The notes under the pieces are model-generated. The model did not search any database. It worked only from the letters and a program-made list of their open reading frames with translations, and was not told where the DNA came from. Made by a program: the position numbers and the translations under genes. From IMG/VR virus record IMGVR_UViG_2802429231_000003: a stretch of DNA of 8,242 bases. One strand, written 5' to 3'. The stretch comes from a virus (taxonomy: Duplodnaviria; Heunggongvirae; Uroviricota; Caudoviricetes). Below, one piece after another: positions 6,891 to 8,242 of this stretch. The number at the start of each line of letters is the position of its first letter. Position 1 is the first letter of the stretch.

Positions 6891-7619
6891 TTAAGCCACT
6901 TTTGATGGGGTGCGATCGATTGGGCAAGCGATTTTTTCGATAGCTTTGGCTGTCGATTCAACAAATCCGTAACTGGTTTTAAGCTCTGTAATTATGGCCT
7001 GCTGGTTAACTCTGGTGCCATTATTGTTAGGGTCATACTCTGCCCATTCACAATTCCTTATCCTGATAGCCTGATACAGAGGGTCTCTTTCTACGCCTCC
7101 GATAAACTTACCCAAGTGAAGAGGATACGATTTTTTTAAAACCTCAATATCTCTTTCTAGTGCGGTAATTTTATTCTTAAGTTCGGATATCTCTTGTGAC
7201 TCTTGATTTGTACGCGATGGCGGCTGTAATCCCACCTCGTAGGGGTGGTTAATTATAATGGCATTATATTCTGTGAACTCATTTTCAACCCAAGTCCAGA
7301 TGTCCTTTGCCAGAAAGTTAGCATCTACTATATGTGTGTTGATATTAATATTATCATTTTCAACTAAGCTTAGGATATCAATTGGGAGATCCCATGAAGG
7401 GTCAGAATATGTGTAAGCTTTCAGTGGGATAACTTCTTTCAATTTAATAGCTTGACATATAATTTCTTTAAATGATGAAGCTTCTTCATCGCTAATGTAG
7501 CCACTGATAATATTTGGATCAAGAGTATCGTACTCACCGGATAAGCCTGCCATAACTAAAGCTGCTTGCTCTAAAGTCACAATTCTGAGTCGTTTAATAT
7601 GGAAAGGTAAATCAATCAT
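6891..7619 (-). CDS. Hypothetical protein (242 aa) in a markedly A+T-rich gene; candidate accessory/cargo gene
   Basis: Intact ORF with GAGG RBS about 8 nt upstream; composition visibly much more A+T-rich than flanking genes; predicted coiled-coil-like segment (ESQEISELKNKITALERDIEVLKK); no recognisable domain. Confidence 0.7.
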   Translation of the reverse strand: MIDLPFHIKRLRIVTLEQAALVMAGLSGEYDTLDPNIISGYISDEEASSFKEIICQAIKLKEVIPLKAYTYSDPSWDLPIDILSLVENDNININTHIVDANFLAKDIWTWVENEFTEYNAIIINHPYEVGLQPPSRTNQESQEISELKNKITALERDIEVLKKSYPLHLGKFIGGVERDPLYQAIRIRNCEWAEYDPNNNGTRVNQQAIITELKTSYGFVESTAKAIEKIACPIDRTPSKVA

Positions 7620-7919
7620 TACGCCACCTCACGCCCTCTATCATGGAGGCCGCGCCAACCCGCAGAGGTGTACGGGAATTCGGGAGCTACCCTAGACGCG
7701 GCTTATTCTGTTACCGTCGGTTATCTTCGGTTTTGCCCATGATAGATCGTTTTCTGAACGCTTGCATTGCAAGACTGTGTGAATAATCAGCTTGTGTTTT
7801 TATACAGCTCTAATTCCTCTCATTCCTGTTGCTAGGGTCACTCCCGTGGATGCGGTTTCCACAAATTCCCCCCACCAGCGCATCAACACAATACGCTTTT
7901 CAAGATAGTTACTCCGGTT

Positions 7920-8242
7920 ATCAATTTGCGCGTAAGACCTCGCCCAATCGGGCGGGGATATAAGCGCGGTAACTGCGTAACATTTTTTGACCTTCGTCAA
8001 TATGGCTTACATTTTTCAGTGTATTTTGTAAGCCTATGAAACGCGCCTATAAATACAGATTCTATCCAACACCCGATCAGGTTGAGCTTTTGGCTCAAAC
8101 GTTCGGGTGTGTGCGTTTTGTCTATAACTCGATCCTGCGTTGGCGCACCGATGCGTACTACGAACGGCAGGAGAAGATCGGCTATACACAAGCCAGCGCT
8201 CGCTTAACAGCACTGAAAAAAGAGCCAGATTTTGCCTGGCTC
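7920..8242 (+). mobile_element. Left end of an IS200/IS605-family insertion sequence (tnpB-only type or tnpA lost), truncated by the window edge
   Basis: TnpB N-terminus begins at 8036; subterminal hairpin CGCCC-AATC-GGGCG at 7941-7954 (extendable to 7938-7957) about 80 bp upstream, consistent with an IS605-family left-end structure; left boundary approximate. Confidence 0.5.
8036..8242 (+). CDS. tnpB: IS200/IS605-family transposase accessory protein TnpB (OrfB), N-terminal 69 codons, partial
   Basis: Translation MKRAYKYRFYPTPDQVELLAQTFGCVRFVYNSILRW matches the conserved TnpB/OrfB N-terminus; in-frame stop at 7988-7990 upstream; ORF runs to the last base, so it is absent from the complete-ORF track. 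Confidence 0.8.
   Translation, partial: MKRAYKYRFYPTPDQVELLAQTFGCVRFVYNSILRWRTDAYYERQEKIGYTQASARLTALKKEPDFAWL

Noticed and set aside
7800-8191. ORFs 7800-8000 (-) and 7997-8191 (-)
   Set aside because: The first needs a TTG start and overlaps the IS left-end region; the second is antisense to the well-supported tnpB N-terminus.
1-8242. tRNA, rRNA or attachment-site core
   Set aside because: No tRNA-like T-arm/acceptor pattern or rRNA-like sequence was recognised by eye; att sites cannot be assigned without the flanking host sequence.

Overview
The window reads as the regulatory and replication arm of a horizontally acquired, phage-satellite-like integrative element (P4-like or PICI-like), probably enterobacterial, with an insertion sequence at its right edge. 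All calls rest on reading the sequence and ORF translations by eye; no database search was run. Layout, left to right: (1) ~525 bp of non-coding DNA with short direct repeats; (2) a dense array of 12 copies of the 9-mer TGTTGTCCC in both orientations around A+T-rich spacers (526-814), a putative iteron-type origin sitting just 3' of (3) a minus-strand five-gene operon (4150 down to 835) of four small unknown ORFs and a 713-aa P-loop primase/helicase-like replication protein, joined by overlapping stop/start codons; (4) a structured leader with an intrinsic terminator between the divergent promoter region and that operon; (5) a plus-strand two-gene module (93-aa small protein plus 119-aa winged-HTH protein) behind two operator-like dyads and ending in a strong terminator; (6) a minus-strand operon of an AlpA-family regulator, a 143-aa unknown and an AntA/AntB-type antirepressor; (7) a markedly A+T-rich 242-aa orphan gene; (8) the left end and first 69 codons of an IS200/IS605-family tnpB running off the window. 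No integrase, tRNA, rRNA or CRISPR array was found. The best candidates for undescribed biology are the A+T-rich orphan gene, the two-gene module, and the P4-immunity-like leader upstream of the replication operon.
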